From Candidatus Latescibacterota bacterium (lineage in GTDB: Bacteria; Latescibacterota; UBA2968; UBA8231): a stretch of DNA of 64,000 nt. The translations under genes and the position numbers were made by a program. Below the pieces are notes generated by a model. The model was not told the origin of the DNA. It saw only the letters and a program-made list of their open reading frames with translations, and did not search any database. The stretch is from the NCBI GenBank assembly GCA_965197905.1, contig CBDAOB010000004.1:480001-544000 (forward strand), given 5' to 3'. Positions within the stretch are counted from its first letter, which is position 1; each line of letters begins with the position of its first letter. Below, piece by piece: positions 1 through 9,301 of the stretch.

Positions 1-2
1 TC

Positions 3-485
3 GGCTCACCCCTGCTCACAGAGGGGTTGGACGCCAGCGGCCGCTTGAGAGAGGATACTCGCAAGAAGGTGCTCGGCGAGCTGCGTCAGCATTTCAAGCC
101 CGAGTTTCTCAATCGCGTAGACGATACGGTCCTGTTCAAACCGCTGACCCTGGATGAGATCAAGCAGATCGTCGGCCTTGTGTTGCAAGAATTGCGCCAG
201 CGCCTGGAAGACCGGCGTGTCGACCTGCAGCTGACGGAACGGGCCCGGGAATTCGTCGCTCGCGAGGGATTCGACCCGGTGTTCGGTGCGCGCCCGCTCA
301 AACGTTTCCTGCAGCACGAGCTGGAGACGCGCCTAGGTCGCGCCCTGATAGCGGGCGACCTCGCGGACGGCGCGAAAGTCACGGTTGACCTGGAGGGTAG
401 CGAGCTGGCAGTGCGAATCGAGAACCCTTCCTGCGAAAACGATATCGTTGACCAGGTCACCGAATCGGTTGCCAGTCAGAACTAG
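3..485 (+). CDS. clpB: ATP-dependent chaperone ClpB, C-terminal part (5' end outside the window)
   Basis: FKPEFLNRVDD and GFDPVFGARPLKR motifs of the Clp/Hsp100 D2-small domain; frame is open to the window edge. Confidence 0.85.
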   Translation, partial: GSPLLTEGLDASGRLREDTRKKVLGELRQHFKPEFLNRVDDTVLFKPLTLDEIKQIVGLVLQELRQRLEDRRVDLQLTERAREFVAREGFDPVFGARPLKRFLQHELETRLGRALIAGDLADGAKVTVDLEGSELAVRIENPSCENDIVDQVTESVASQN

Positions 486-665
486 CGGAGACCGCGTTTG
501 GATGCGCCGCAACCGCGATGGGTCAGCTAAAAGTGTCGATCCACAGCTTCAATGCCTGGTTCTTGGCAACCCGATCTACCCCCACTATCTTTAGTCCACA
601 GATAGCGGTACGCAATTTTCGACCGCCGGTTGCAGGCGCTATTGTTCCACCTCGCGGCAAATTGC

Positions 666-742
666 GGGCGATTAGCTCAGTTGGTTAGAGCGCTGGTCTC
701 ACATACCAGAGGTCACTGGTTCAAATCCAGTATCGCCCACCA
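666..742 (+). tRNA. tRNA-Val(CAC)
   Basis: GGGCGAT/ATCGCCC acceptor stem, anticodon arm CTGGT-CTCACAT-ACCAG, T-loop GTTCAAATC, encoded CCA. Confidence 0.95.
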
Positions 743-750
743 TTACAATG

Positions 751-859
751 GACGATGATCGGAGGCTCGTTGCCCCCGGCATGCTACGTCCTGCGACTCG
801 AGGTGGCAACCAACGACGCCACCTTCACCGCCAGCCGCGTCGTGTCCCTGGCCTACTGA
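751..859 (+). pseudogene. C-terminal fragment of a FlgD-Ig-like domain protein
   Basis: DDDRRLVAPG then (frameshift) YVLRLEVATNDATFTASRVVSLAY* resembles FlgD-type C-terminal domains. Confidence 0.5.
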
Positions 860-1015
860 GAGGTGCAGTGATGTGGCGAACTGCCACGTCCCCGTGTAAC
901 ACGGCCAGGGGAAGAAGAACCTCTGCGTCTGTCACGTTCGATATGAACCGAGAGATGGCGTGGCTATTGCGGATCGGCAGGCGCGGCTCCCGGCGCCATC
1001 CAGGTGGAGGATTCC

Positions 1016-1912
1016 ATGTCTGAACAGACCTATCGCGTAGCACCCAAGGGGTTCACGCCCCAGCAGTGGGAGCAATTCATGACGGAGGGTTTTCTCGTAA
1101 TCGAGAACGCCCTGTCTCAGGACGAGATAGACCACTATCTCGAAGTCATCGACCGGTGCTGCGCCGCTGACGCGAAATACGACCCCGGCAAGTTCTACAT
1201 GATCGAGAACATGGTCGAAAGAGACCCGGCTTTCGCAGAGTTGATCGACCACCCCCGGCACGTCGGATTTGTCTACGACATCTATGGAGAACTGCTGAAG
1301 CTGCACATATCACAAATCTTCATTCGTCCGCCTACCGATGCTCAAATGCATTGGCATCACGATGGCCCACGCGTTGTGCCGTATGCGGTTTTCGCACCGG
1401 AATTGTCGCTTCAGGTGAAGATCAGCTACTGGCTCACTGATCTGCCCCGTGACAGCATGGGCAACTTCGTCTACATGCCGGGAAGTCACCGGTCCCAATA
1501 CTCCGAGCATTACCACACACACGAGAGAGCGAAAGGCGAGAGAATTCTCTGCGTTCCCAGGGGGACAATGACGATTGTGCAGTGCAATACCTGGCATCGG
1601 GTAGAACCCAACGAGAGCGATGTGATGCGGAAAAACATCTTTCTGTCCTACTGCCCCTCGTGGATTTGTGAGGGTGACCGGTACGCGTCTTCTCCGGAGT
1701 GGCTCAAGACGTTAAATCGGGAACAGCGCATTATCATGCGGAGCTATTCCTACGGTTATTACCGGGCCAAGCCGCCCGCCGAAGACTTCCCGCTCTTCCT
1801 GGACCGCGAAACAGGCAGCGACTCGGACACCGACGCCGATACGCCAGTCCCGTTGAAACAGCGGAAGCGACGCACGATGCACGAGAAGCTTGAGATGCCT
1901 GTGTCTGCTTAA
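1016..1912 (+). CDS. Phytanoyl-CoA dioxygenase (PhyH) family protein
   Basis: EGFLVIENAL, WHHD (HxD) and distal WHR His; GGAGG RBS before the ATG. Confidence 0.9.
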   Translation: MSEQTYRVAPKGFTPQQWEQFMTEGFLVIENALSQDEIDHYLEVIDRCCAADAKYDPGKFYMIENMVERDPAFAELIDHPRHVGFVYDIYGELLKLHISQIFIRPPTDAQMHWHHDGPRVVPYAVFAPELSLQVKISYWLTDLPRDSMGNFVYMPGSHRSQYSEHYHTHERAKGERILCVPRGTMTIVQCNTWHRVEPNESDVMRKNIFLSYCPSWICEGDRYASSPEWLKTLNREQRIIMRSYSYGYYRAKPPAEDFPLFLDRETGSDSDTDADTPVPLKQRKRRTMHEKLEMPVSA

Positions 1913-2034
1913 CCTTAAATAGGCCGATGTGAGTATGCCCATCTGAGACATTAAAAATTGGAGCAATAGAGAAAGGGGATTCTCGCTCCAACCGACTCTC
2001 GACTACCCTCCAGATCTCTGTGTTCTCAGTGCCC

Positions 2035-3327
2035 TTAGTGGCTGTCTCGGTCCTCGGGAATGATCCTCACCCCAGGATCATCGGTCCGCTCGCACCACTC
2101 GCCGAGGCGATTGCGACACCACGACAGGGTCTCGGCGTGACGTGACTCGACAGCCAGATTTACCATTTCGCCGGGATCCGCGTTCAGATCCACCATTTGT
2201 TCTCGATGGCTTCCCATCACGTAGACGGAGTACTTTAACGAATCGGTGACGAGCGCGTAGGAGGGTTCGCCCGGTCCGCCGCCCAACCCGATCTCGGTTT
2301 CCACAACGAGCTCGTCCCGCCAGCTTCCGCCGTCACCGCCCTCGACTAGCGGACGGATGCTCAACCCGTCGCGCCCACTCGGGCACTCGATCCCCGCGTA
2401 GTCGCACACTGTCGGCAATAGATCCAATCCGTTCGAAACGAGATGGGTCGCATCAACGCGTCCCCCGTCCTGACCCGACCCAGAAACGATCATCGGAATG
2501 CGGATCACTTCTTCCCATAATGCCGTCTTCTGGTTCCAGTGATGGGCGCCGTGTCCGTCGCCGTGGTCGCTCGTGAAGATCACGACGGTGTTGTCGGCCT
2601 TGCCCGACGCCTCCAGCGCATCGAGCAGTCGCACGATCTCCGCATCCACCTTCTCGACCAACCGATAGTACTGATGCCGGAAGTGACGCCATTGATCGTC
2701 CGTCCACTCCAACGTCGGAAACGCGGCCGGCTTCACGCGTCGCAGCCACTGCAAGACATCCGGCGCGAACGGCGGAATCGCGAAGTTCGCGGGTAACGCA
2801 GGACAGTCCTCGAGCGGCGCCTGCGGGACAGGTCCTTGCGGCGGAGCCTGACCACGCGCGACCTGACAGATATCGTGGGGGTTGATGAACGAAGCGAACA
2901 GGAAGAAAGGGTTAGCTCGCTCCGCGCTAATGTAATCCGCTGATGCACTCGGCACACGCGCATCGTCCTTCGGACAGAGCCAATCGAACCCGCAATCCGA
3001 CGGCTCGCACCCCGGAGCGTGCCACTTCCCCGCAAGCGCCGCGTCGTAGCCGCCCTCGCGCAACACGTTCCCGATCGTCGTATCCAGCAGATCCTGCTCG
3101 AACGGCGACCCCGTCGCCCCCACTTGATGCGGCATCAGCCCCGTCACGAAGCTCGCCCGCGCCGGAACGCACGCCGGGTACGTACAATACGCCCGGTCGA
3201 ACCGCATACCCGCCGCCGCGATGCGATCCATCCCCGGCGTCACCAGGTTATCATTTCCAGCACAACTCATCGCCCCCGCAAACTGCTGGTCCGTACAGAT
3301 AAATAGTATGTTCGGCTGACCTGCCAT
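2035..3327 (-). CDS. Sulfatase (formylglycine-dependent, Cys-type)
   Basis: PNILFICTDQ, CVPAR (CxPxR), GKWH and SDHG motifs. Confidence 0.92.
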   Translation of the reverse strand: MAGQPNILFICTDQQFAGAMSCAGNDNLVTPGMDRIAAAGMRFDRAYCTYPACVPARASFVTGLMPHQVGATGSPFEQDLLDTTIGNVLREGGYDAALAGKWHAPGCEPSDCGFDWLCPKDDARVPSASADYISAERANPFFLFASFINPHDICQVARGQAPPQGPVPQAPLEDCPALPANFAIPPFAPDVLQWLRRVKPAAFPTLEWTDDQWRHFRHQYYRLVEKVDAEIVRLLDALEASGKADNTVVIFTSDHGDGHGAHHWNQKTALWEEVIRIPMIVSGSGQDGGRVDATHLVSNGLDLLPTVCDYAGIECPSGRDGLSIRPLVEGGDGGSWRDELVVETEIGLGGGPGEPSYALVTDSLKYSVYVMGSHREQMVDLNADPGEMVNLAVESRHAETLSWCRNRLGEWCERTDDPGVRIIPEDRDSH

Positions 3328-3784
3328 CATCACCACGATTCAGAAAAACGCTAGCCACCAAGACACGAAGAAAACACCAGAAGGGATATACACGAAGTGT
3401 AGGAATCATAAAGGGCCTTTTCGGGTGCATGGTCAAGTAAATAGGTTTTCACGATTCTTGTGCATTTGTTGTACCGATTTGATATGTAAACGCTTTCAGT
3501 CCTTCTTGAAGAATTGACCACTCGAACGGCTGCGTTAACTCACCCCGCCCTGTCCCGATGTGAGGTATCCCAGCGTATAGCCACACCGTCAAGGCGACAT
3601 AGATTGGAACATCCGGCTGACTCCGGGTCAGTTTCAAACCGCAGTAAAACTCGTCGCTGAGTTCAGTACGTTCCTCTGGAGAAAAGCTGTCCCGACGGGT
3701 CGGATTTCGTATTCTTTAGTGTTCCGCCTATCACGCAGCCATGGCTGTACAGACCGTCAACGAACGCGGAGGTGACCCACTAGC

Positions 3785-4735
3785 ATGTCAAACTTGAAGG
3801 TAGCAATCATCGGGTGCGGCGGTCGAGCTCGGGGATTACTGAACGACCTGCTCGGTTTTGATGATGTGGACATAGATGCAGTGTGTGATCCTGTCGAAGA
3901 AGCCCGCAACGCCTTGGGGGACGACGCGGGTGCCCAACGCCGCTTTGGCCACGTTGACGAGTTGCTGGATGCCGGAGGCCTCGATGGGGTATTCGTGACG
4001 CCGCCGCCGCATCTAAACGCGACCGTAGCCCTTCCATGCCTCAAACGCGGCATGGACACGTTTGTGGAAAAACCCCCGGGGATGAGCGTCGGGGAAACCA
4101 CGGCCTTGCGCGATGCTGCCGCTGCCAGCGGTGCCAAAGGAATGGTGGGGTGGAATCGCCGTATGAATCCCATGATAATTCGGGCACAGGAGATGGTCCG
4201 GGAGCGCGGACCGATCGTGCATATGGTGGGCGAGTTTCACAAAAGCCTCACCAAGTTTGAGCAGAGCGGTCTGTACGGCCCTGAGTTTTTGGACCACATG
4301 ATGTGGGAATCGATCAACCACACCGTAGACATCGTGCGGGCTATGGCGCAGTCGGACGTGTCGGAGGTTCACAGCGTCGTGCGTCGCGCCGCCCACAAAT
4401 ACAAGGACGTCTTCGGCGCTCTGGTTCTATTTGAAAACGGCTGTCTGGCCCATCTGATTTTCAATTGGACCACTGACGGCCGCTTGGAGCGCTACGAGAT
4501 CCACGGTCACGATATTTCCGCCTACCTGGAAGGGCTGAATCAGGGGGTGGTGTTCTGTGACGGTACGCGTCACGAACTACCGAATGGCGGCAATGGAGCG
4601 GAGGAGGAGGAGCGCTACTTTCTCGATTGCGTCAAGGAGAATCGACCGATCGAGTTACCGGCATGTAACGTGGAGGAAGCGATCAAAACCATGGAGCTGG
4701 CCGAGGCGATCCTCGCCGGATTGCGGGAAGACTGA
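3785..4735 (+). CDS. Gfo/Idh/MocA family oxidoreductase
   Basis: IIGCGG Rossmann motif and EKP motif; GGAGG RBS. Confidence 0.9.
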   Translation: MSNLKVAIIGCGGRARGLLNDLLGFDDVDIDAVCDPVEEARNALGDDAGAQRRFGHVDELLDAGGLDGVFVTPPPHLNATVALPCLKRGMDTFVEKPPGMSVGETTALRDAAAASGAKGMVGWNRRMNPMIIRAQEMVRERGPIVHMVGEFHKSLTKFEQSGLYGPEFLDHMMWESINHTVDIVRAMAQSDVSEVHSVVRRAAHKYKDVFGALVLFENGCLAHLIFNWTTDGRLERYEIHGHDISAYLEGLNQGVVFCDGTRHELPNGGNGAEEEERYFLDCVKENRPIELPACNVEEAIKTMELAEAILAGLRED

Positions 4736-5251
4736 TGTGCTTGGGTAGCCGACGGCGCCTCGTACCTCGTGGCGCTCTCTCGTGCTCGATGAAAATCGCC
4801 CGAAGATAGGGACGGTCACATGACGTATCCCCCTCGAGGACAAAGACTCGACAGAAACTCAAGCTGAATTGGCTCCATAACTTCAATCCAACGGATACGC
4901 GCAACCAACTGCACGCCCGTAATATTAGTCAACGAGCTTTTCCAACTTCGCCTCCATTGCAGGTCTACTCAAGGCGAACTATGATCGTCAAAAAGGGCCG
5001 CGCGACTTGGCCAGGAATATACTCTTGGCGGCGGCGCAGATGAGCGAAATGGAAACCAGATGGCGGACAGAAGAAGCAACGCCGACCGAGTGCCGCCGTA
5101 ATCGCCGCAGGTCGAATTTGCTTCCCTCCGGTTTGAGCGCATCACCCCTCAGAAAATCCCGCCAAGGAACGTACTGGAGCCTAGGTGCCATAGCTTGCTA
5201 TTAACAACCCAATAGGAAACAAGACGAATTGACATGAAAACGCTAAAACGA

Positions 5252-5298
5252 TCTCACATACTTATGAGGTCACTGGTTCAATCCAGTATCGCCCACCA
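5252..5298 (+). repeat. Degenerate duplicate of the tRNA-Val 3' half (attR-like)
   Basis: TCTCACATAC..GAGGTCACTGGTTCAA-TCCAGTATCGCCCACCA matches the 3' half of 666-742 with small indels. Confidence 0.9.
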
Positions 5299-5304
5299 TT
5301 GAAA

Positions 5305-5340
5305 AGCCCTCGGGATCTTTGATCTCGGGGGCTATCTTTT
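5305..5340 (+). terminator. Intrinsic terminator, probably the original tRNA-Val terminator
   Basis: AGCCCTCGGGATC-TTT-GATCTCGGGGGCT stem followed by ATCTTTT, directly after the tRNA duplicate. Confidence 0.7.
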
Positions 5341-5443
5341 GTCGACCAACAGTCTTGACCTATTCGCTTCACGACTGCATTTTAATTCTCGTATCACATT
5401 TGTCTGGCTGAACTTGCGTCGTTCTCTGGGAGGAGGTCTGGCC

Positions 5444-6154
5444 GTGCAAGAAGGTCTGCTTGAATTGATTCGGCTACAAGACGTAGACCTGGAACTGGGA
5501 GAACTGGAAAAGGTGCGCGATCACTATCCCAGCGAAATCAGCGTCCGCGAGAAAGAGATCGCCGATGCCCGTAGCGGTCTGGAGGAGCTTGAAAACACGG
5601 TCGAGGAACTTGCCCGACAACAGCGGCAGATTGAGCGGGAATTGGAGGATTCCAAGGTCAGCCTAAAGGAACACGAGGAACGATTCTCCGTAGTCTCGAC
5701 CAACAAGGAATACGATGCCTTGCAAATGGAAATCGAGGCCTGCAAGTCGAATATCTCCGAACGCGAAAGCCGCATTCTCGATATCATCGAAAACACCGAA
5801 AAAATCAACGAGCAGATCGCTGGGGAAAAAGACGGGGTTGAGGAGGTCTGTTCGGAACAACAGGTTCGCATTAACGAATTGCAGTCCAAGCTGGCGACTC
5901 TGCAGCAGGAAGTTGACGCGGTAACAGCTCGGCGGGAAGTGGTGAGCAAGAATATCGACGGCCGGTTATTGCAACACTACGATCGCCGGCGAAAAGGGAA
6001 CGGATTGAGTGTTTCTGGTGTCCGGAAGGGGGCCTGTGGCTCCTGCTTTCGGGAGCTGCCCGCTCAGCAAAAAAGCGATGTGCGTCGCAGCGAACGCTTG
6101 ATCACCTGTGAAAGCTGTGGAGCAATTCTCGTTTGGGACGATAATTCGAGTTAG
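5444..6154 (+). CDS. Coiled-coil, C4 zinc-ribbon domain protein (DUF164/CT398-like)
   Basis: Long coiled coil, NKEYDALQMEIE, CGSC...CESC; GTG start after AGGAGG. Confidence 0.88.
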   Translation: MQEGLLELIRLQDVDLELGELEKVRDHYPSEISVREKEIADARSGLEELENTVEELARQQRQIERELEDSKVSLKEHEERFSVVSTNKEYDALQMEIEACKSNISERESRILDIIENTEKINEQIAGEKDGVEEVCSEQQVRINELQSKLATLQQEVDAVTARREVVSKNIDGRLLQHYDRRRKGNGLSVSGVRKGACGSCFRELPAQQKSDVRRSERLITCESCGAILVWDDNSS

Positions 6155-6161
6155 AAGCCTT

Positions 6162-6523
6162 GGAGTGGGTCGGGTGATCGCGCTGATCAATCGATCGGTG
6201 AGGAAAGTCCGAGCTCCGCAGGACGGGATGCTGGGCAACGCCCAGGAGGGGCAACCCTACAGACAGTGCCACAGAAAAGACACCGCCCGACTTTCGAGCC
6301 GGGTAAGGGTGAAATGGTGAGGTAAGAGCTCACCGCGTTTCCGGCGACGGGGACGGCACGGTAAACCTCATCCGGAGCAAGGCCAAATAGGGGAAGAGAG
6401 GTGGTCCGCCTCGTTATAATTCCCGGGTAGGCCGCACCGAGGTATGCGGGTAACCGCTACCCCAGATGAATGATCGCCCTGCGCTTGACTGTGCAGACAG
6501 AACTCGGCTTACAGACCCACTCC
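6162..6523 (+). ncRNA. rnpB: RNase P RNA (type A)
   Basis: GAGGAAAGTCC, AGTGCCACAGAAA, GGTAAAC, GGAGCAAGGCC and ACAGAACTCGGCTTA conserved blocks; P1 GGAGTGGGTC/GACCCACTCC. Confidence 0.97.
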
Positions 6524-6555
6524 TCCTTCCACTACTATCGACTTACACCGCCCTC

Positions 6556-7590
6556 ATGATCTGGGTTTCTTCCTTCTGCAAAATCGCCACCCCGGCCACA
6601 GGTGTGTGTCGGCTCCGGGCCCTTCTTCTGTCACTCTTTCTGTTTTGCAGTGCTGCCATTGGTCAGGAAGTGGAAGAATCATTGAGCCTCGGCAGTGATG
6701 CCGGACCGATCATCGAAGGGCGCATTGATTGGACGAACAACGAGATCATCGCCTATGGCGAGGGTGTTGCTCCTGACGATCTAACCAATCCCGCCCGTCA
6801 GCGACTCATGGGGGCTCTTGCGGCAAAGGTGGTCGCTTACAGGAATCTTCTCGAATTGATTGGAGAGGTTCGCATAGACTCGAAGACGCAGGTGGGAATG
6901 GCGATGGTGCAGAGCGATTCGGTGCGGATCAGGTTAGAGGGCATCGTGCGCGGCGCCAGGATCGTGCAGGGAAGTCAGACGGAGGTAGACGGACTGTACA
7001 GAGTCGCGCTTAGACTGAAGCTGCTGAATGACTTCACCGAAGCGGTGTTGCCGGTTGCAGCGACAAACGCTGCGGAGGAAAACAGTTTCGACGAATCGGA
7101 GTTGGATTCGCTTCTAACCTACTTGCCGGAAGCGTACACCGGGTTGATCGTGGACGCCCGCGGCCTGGACCTGCAGCCCAGCATGGCGCCAAAGATTCTG
7201 GCGGCGAGTGGCGCACAGATATACGGAGTTGGAATCGCGGAGCAACATTTCATAACCAGCATCGGTTTGGTGGGATACCACAAGGATCCCGAACAGGCCG
7301 CCGGTTCCGACCGCCTCGGGGGGAACGAGGCGCACCCGCTGGTAGTAAAAGCGGAGAAGGTGTCGGGGTTATATAATGCCGACGTCGTCGTCAGCAACGA
7401 GGATGCAGCGAACATTCGATTTGCCGACACATCCGCCGAATTCCTCAAAGAATGCCGGGTCGCTCTGATCCTTGGGCCGGCGCCCGTTGACACGGTTCTG
7501 GCGGACTCTGTTCTTACCGATTCAACCAACCTGGAGGATCTCGACTTTGACTTTCGCGGAGAAGCTGAAGACAGCGACAGGACGGAATGA
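6556..7590 (+). CDS. Exported LPP20-like domain protein (start uncertain)
   Basis: Signal-like N-terminus; AAKVVAYRNLLE...VRIDS and YTGLIVDARGL...PSMAPKI motifs; the ORF-track start overlaps rnpB and is not used. Confidence 0.65.
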   Translation: MIWVSSFCKIATPATGVCRLRALLLSLFLFCSAAIGQEVEESLSLGSDAGPIIEGRIDWTNNEIIAYGEGVAPDDLTNPARQRLMGALAAKVVAYRNLLELIGEVRIDSKTQVGMAMVQSDSVRIRLEGIVRGARIVQGSQTEVDGLYRVALRLKLLNDFTEAVLPVAATNAAEENSFDESELDSLLTYLPEAYTGLIVDARGLDLQPSMAPKILAASGAQIYGVGIAEQHFITSIGLVGYHKDPEQAAGSDRLGGNEAHPLVVKAEKVSGLYNADVVVSNEDAANIRFADTSAEFLKECRVALILGPAPVDTVLADSVLTDSTNLEDLDFDFRGEAEDSDRTE

Positions 7591-8368
7591 TTCCCTCCTT
7601 TGCGTCGGCCTCGACCCGGTAGTCGATAGGCTGCCGGATAGCGTTCAATCCAAAGACAACCCCGCTCTTTACTTCTGCAAGAAAATCATTGATGCGACCA
7701 CCGATCTAGCCTGCGCCTACAAACCTAACTTCGGTTTCTTCGGCGCCTTGGGAGAATCGGGCTGGGCCACACTCAAGGCGACGTTGGATCACGTGCCGGC
7801 GGAGATCCCCACGATCATCGACGCCAAGGTCGGCGACATCGAATCCAGTGCCGTCCGCTACGCGGAGATGTATTTCGAGGTCCTTGGTGGTGATGCCGTG
7901 ACGGTCAATCCGTACATGGGAAGCGATGCGGTTCGGCCGTTTCTCGAGCGGCCAGACAAGGCCGCCTTCGTACTTTGTTTAACATCGAATAAATCTTCCG
8001 CGGAGTTCGAGACGCTGGCCACAGATGATGGCGCCTTCTACGAGCTCGTAGCTCGCAAAGCGGCTGAGTGGGGGAAATCAGGCAACTGCGGACTGGTCGT
8101 CGGCGCCACCAAATCCGAGATGATTAGCCGGATTCGGTCGCTTGCCCCCGAACTACCCATGCTGATACCAGGGGTCGGTGCGCAAGGCGGCGACCTCGCC
8201 TCCGCAGTCGCTTCAGGTGCGGACGCGGACGGGGCAGGAATTCTTATCAACGCTTCCCGTTCGATCCTGTACGCTGGAAGTGGAGCGGATTTCGACGGGG
8301 AGGCCAGAAGCGTGGCAAGCGATCTGCGGGACGAGATTAATCAGTACCGAAATCCAGTTACAGCGTAG
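7547..8368 (+). CDS. pyrF: Orotidine-5'-phosphate decarboxylase
   Basis: LCVGLDP, YKPN, DAKVGDI, LVVGAT, PGVGAQGG and INASRSI motifs; TTG start after GGAGG; overlaps the upstream gene by 44 bp. Confidence 0.95.
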   Translation: MTFAEKLKTATGRNDSLLCVGLDPVVDRLPDSVQSKDNPALYFCKKIIDATTDLACAYKPNFGFFGALGESGWATLKATLDHVPAEIPTIIDAKVGDIESSAVRYAEMYFEVLGGDAVTVNPYMGSDAVRPFLERPDKAAFVLCLTSNKSSAEFETLATDDGAFYELVARKAAEWGKSGNCGLVVGATKSEMISRIRSLAPELPMLIPGVGAQGGDLASAVASGADADGAGILINASRSILYAGSGADFDGEARSVASDLRDEINQYRNPVTA

Positions 8369-8405
8369 CGGCCCACGGCCTGGGGGCCCTATCGCAGCTT
8401 GTCGT

Positions 8406-8483
8406 CGGGGTGTAGCGCAGTCCGGCTAGCGCACCTGCTTTGGGAGCAGGGGGTCCCGGGTTCGAATCCCGGCACCCCGACCA
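8406..8483 (+). tRNA. tRNA-Pro(TGG)
   Basis: CGGGGTG/CACCCCG acceptor stem, CCTGC-TTTGGGA-GCAGG anticodon arm, GTTCGAATC, CCA. Confidence 0.96.
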
Positions 8484-8493
8484 TCTCTTTTAG

Positions 8494-8708
8494 AAACAAT
8501 CATTTAAGTACCTTCTGATCGCCCTCCGTTTTCGTTTACCAAGACAGGTGGCCATTTCGTCTGCGTAAGCGCACTAATATATTAAAAAACAAGATCTTAC
8601 GAGAGTTTTTCTTATGAGCACCTTGGTTCCTTGGTGACCTATAGGTGACATAATTGGCCAAGTATTGGTCTACCGAGGGCAACGTCCACACAACCTAAGT
8701 TGTTGTTT
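8494..8708. promoter_or_regulatory. att-arm-like region with IHF-like sites and ~11-bp-spaced repeats
   Basis: AAACAA-N4-TTA at 8494-8506, 8587-8599 and (reverse) 8696-8708; TTGGTGAC/TAGGTGAC/ATTGGCCA/ATTGGTCT series at 8631-8671. Confidence 0.5.
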
Positions 8709-8721
8709 GAAAGGCTGTGTT

Positions 8722-8767
8722 GCCGGCCTCTCACGTCGGTAACACGGGTTCGAATCCCGTACGGGCC
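8722..8767 (+). repeat. Orphan 3' half of tRNA-Glu(CTC) (att-like fragment)
   Basis: CCGGC-CTCTCAC-GTCGG anticodon arm, ACGGG-TTCGAAT-CCCGT T-arm, ACGGGCC; no D-arm, 5' acceptor strand or CCA. Confidence 0.8.
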
Positions 8768-9301
8768 TGAAGGTAAAATCAGGATCCCCTTTCTTTTATA
8801 ATATCACCCGAAAAATCACTGCATTAGGCAGTTTTCGACAGTGGACCTGTTGGCACCGGTCGCTGATGAAAAGCGCGACTTGTCCTGCGTTCGCGGTTCA
8901 AATTGATGTTGCTGGCTCCTGTCCAGCCTGATCGGACTGCTACGGAGTTGGCGATCGGCCGAGGGATGCACAGTTTTGCTCGGCTTACGATCTGCGCTCC
9001 AGCAGTCGTCGAGCACCCCGGCGAGCGCACCTCGCATCTATCAGATGCTGAATATGGTCAGCTCACGTAAGAAGATCAACGCGATCATTAGCGGAGCCAG
9101 CGGTCGCTAGCGGGTTCAGCCGTCCGAGCAGCCGGTGGCAACGCTGGACGACTTGGCGGCAGTGTCCTACGGCATCCAGAAATGCCCCGAGAATCGCCCC
9201 GGCCAACATGCGCGACCCACCGAGTCGCCGAGCTGTCGGAGGCTCTCTTTCCTCCGTAGATTCTGCCGGTAGTTAACGTTTGAAAGCAAGCTATCTCTAT
9301 C

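Larger units (their letters stand above)
743..5298. mobile_element. ~4.5-kb islet integrated at tRNA-Val, with no integrase
   Basis: Bounded by the intact tRNA and a degenerate copy of its 3' half at 5252-5298. Confidence 0.75.

Noticed and set aside
5444..6523. rnpB directly behind the zinc-ribbon gene as a novel arrangement
   Set aside because: To my knowledge this linkage is common in several phyla
6466..6555. ORF-track N-terminal extension of the LPP20-like gene
   Set aside because: It overlaps the 3' end of rnpB; a later start is more plausible
8722..8767. Functional tRNA-Glu gene (likewise the fragments at 5252, 32737 and 54188)
   Set aside because: No 5' acceptor strand or D-arm upstream of any of them
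9120..9300. Possible third IS91 oriIS-like end (CGTTTGAAAGCAAGCTATC)
   Set aside because: Similarity is too weak to support by eye
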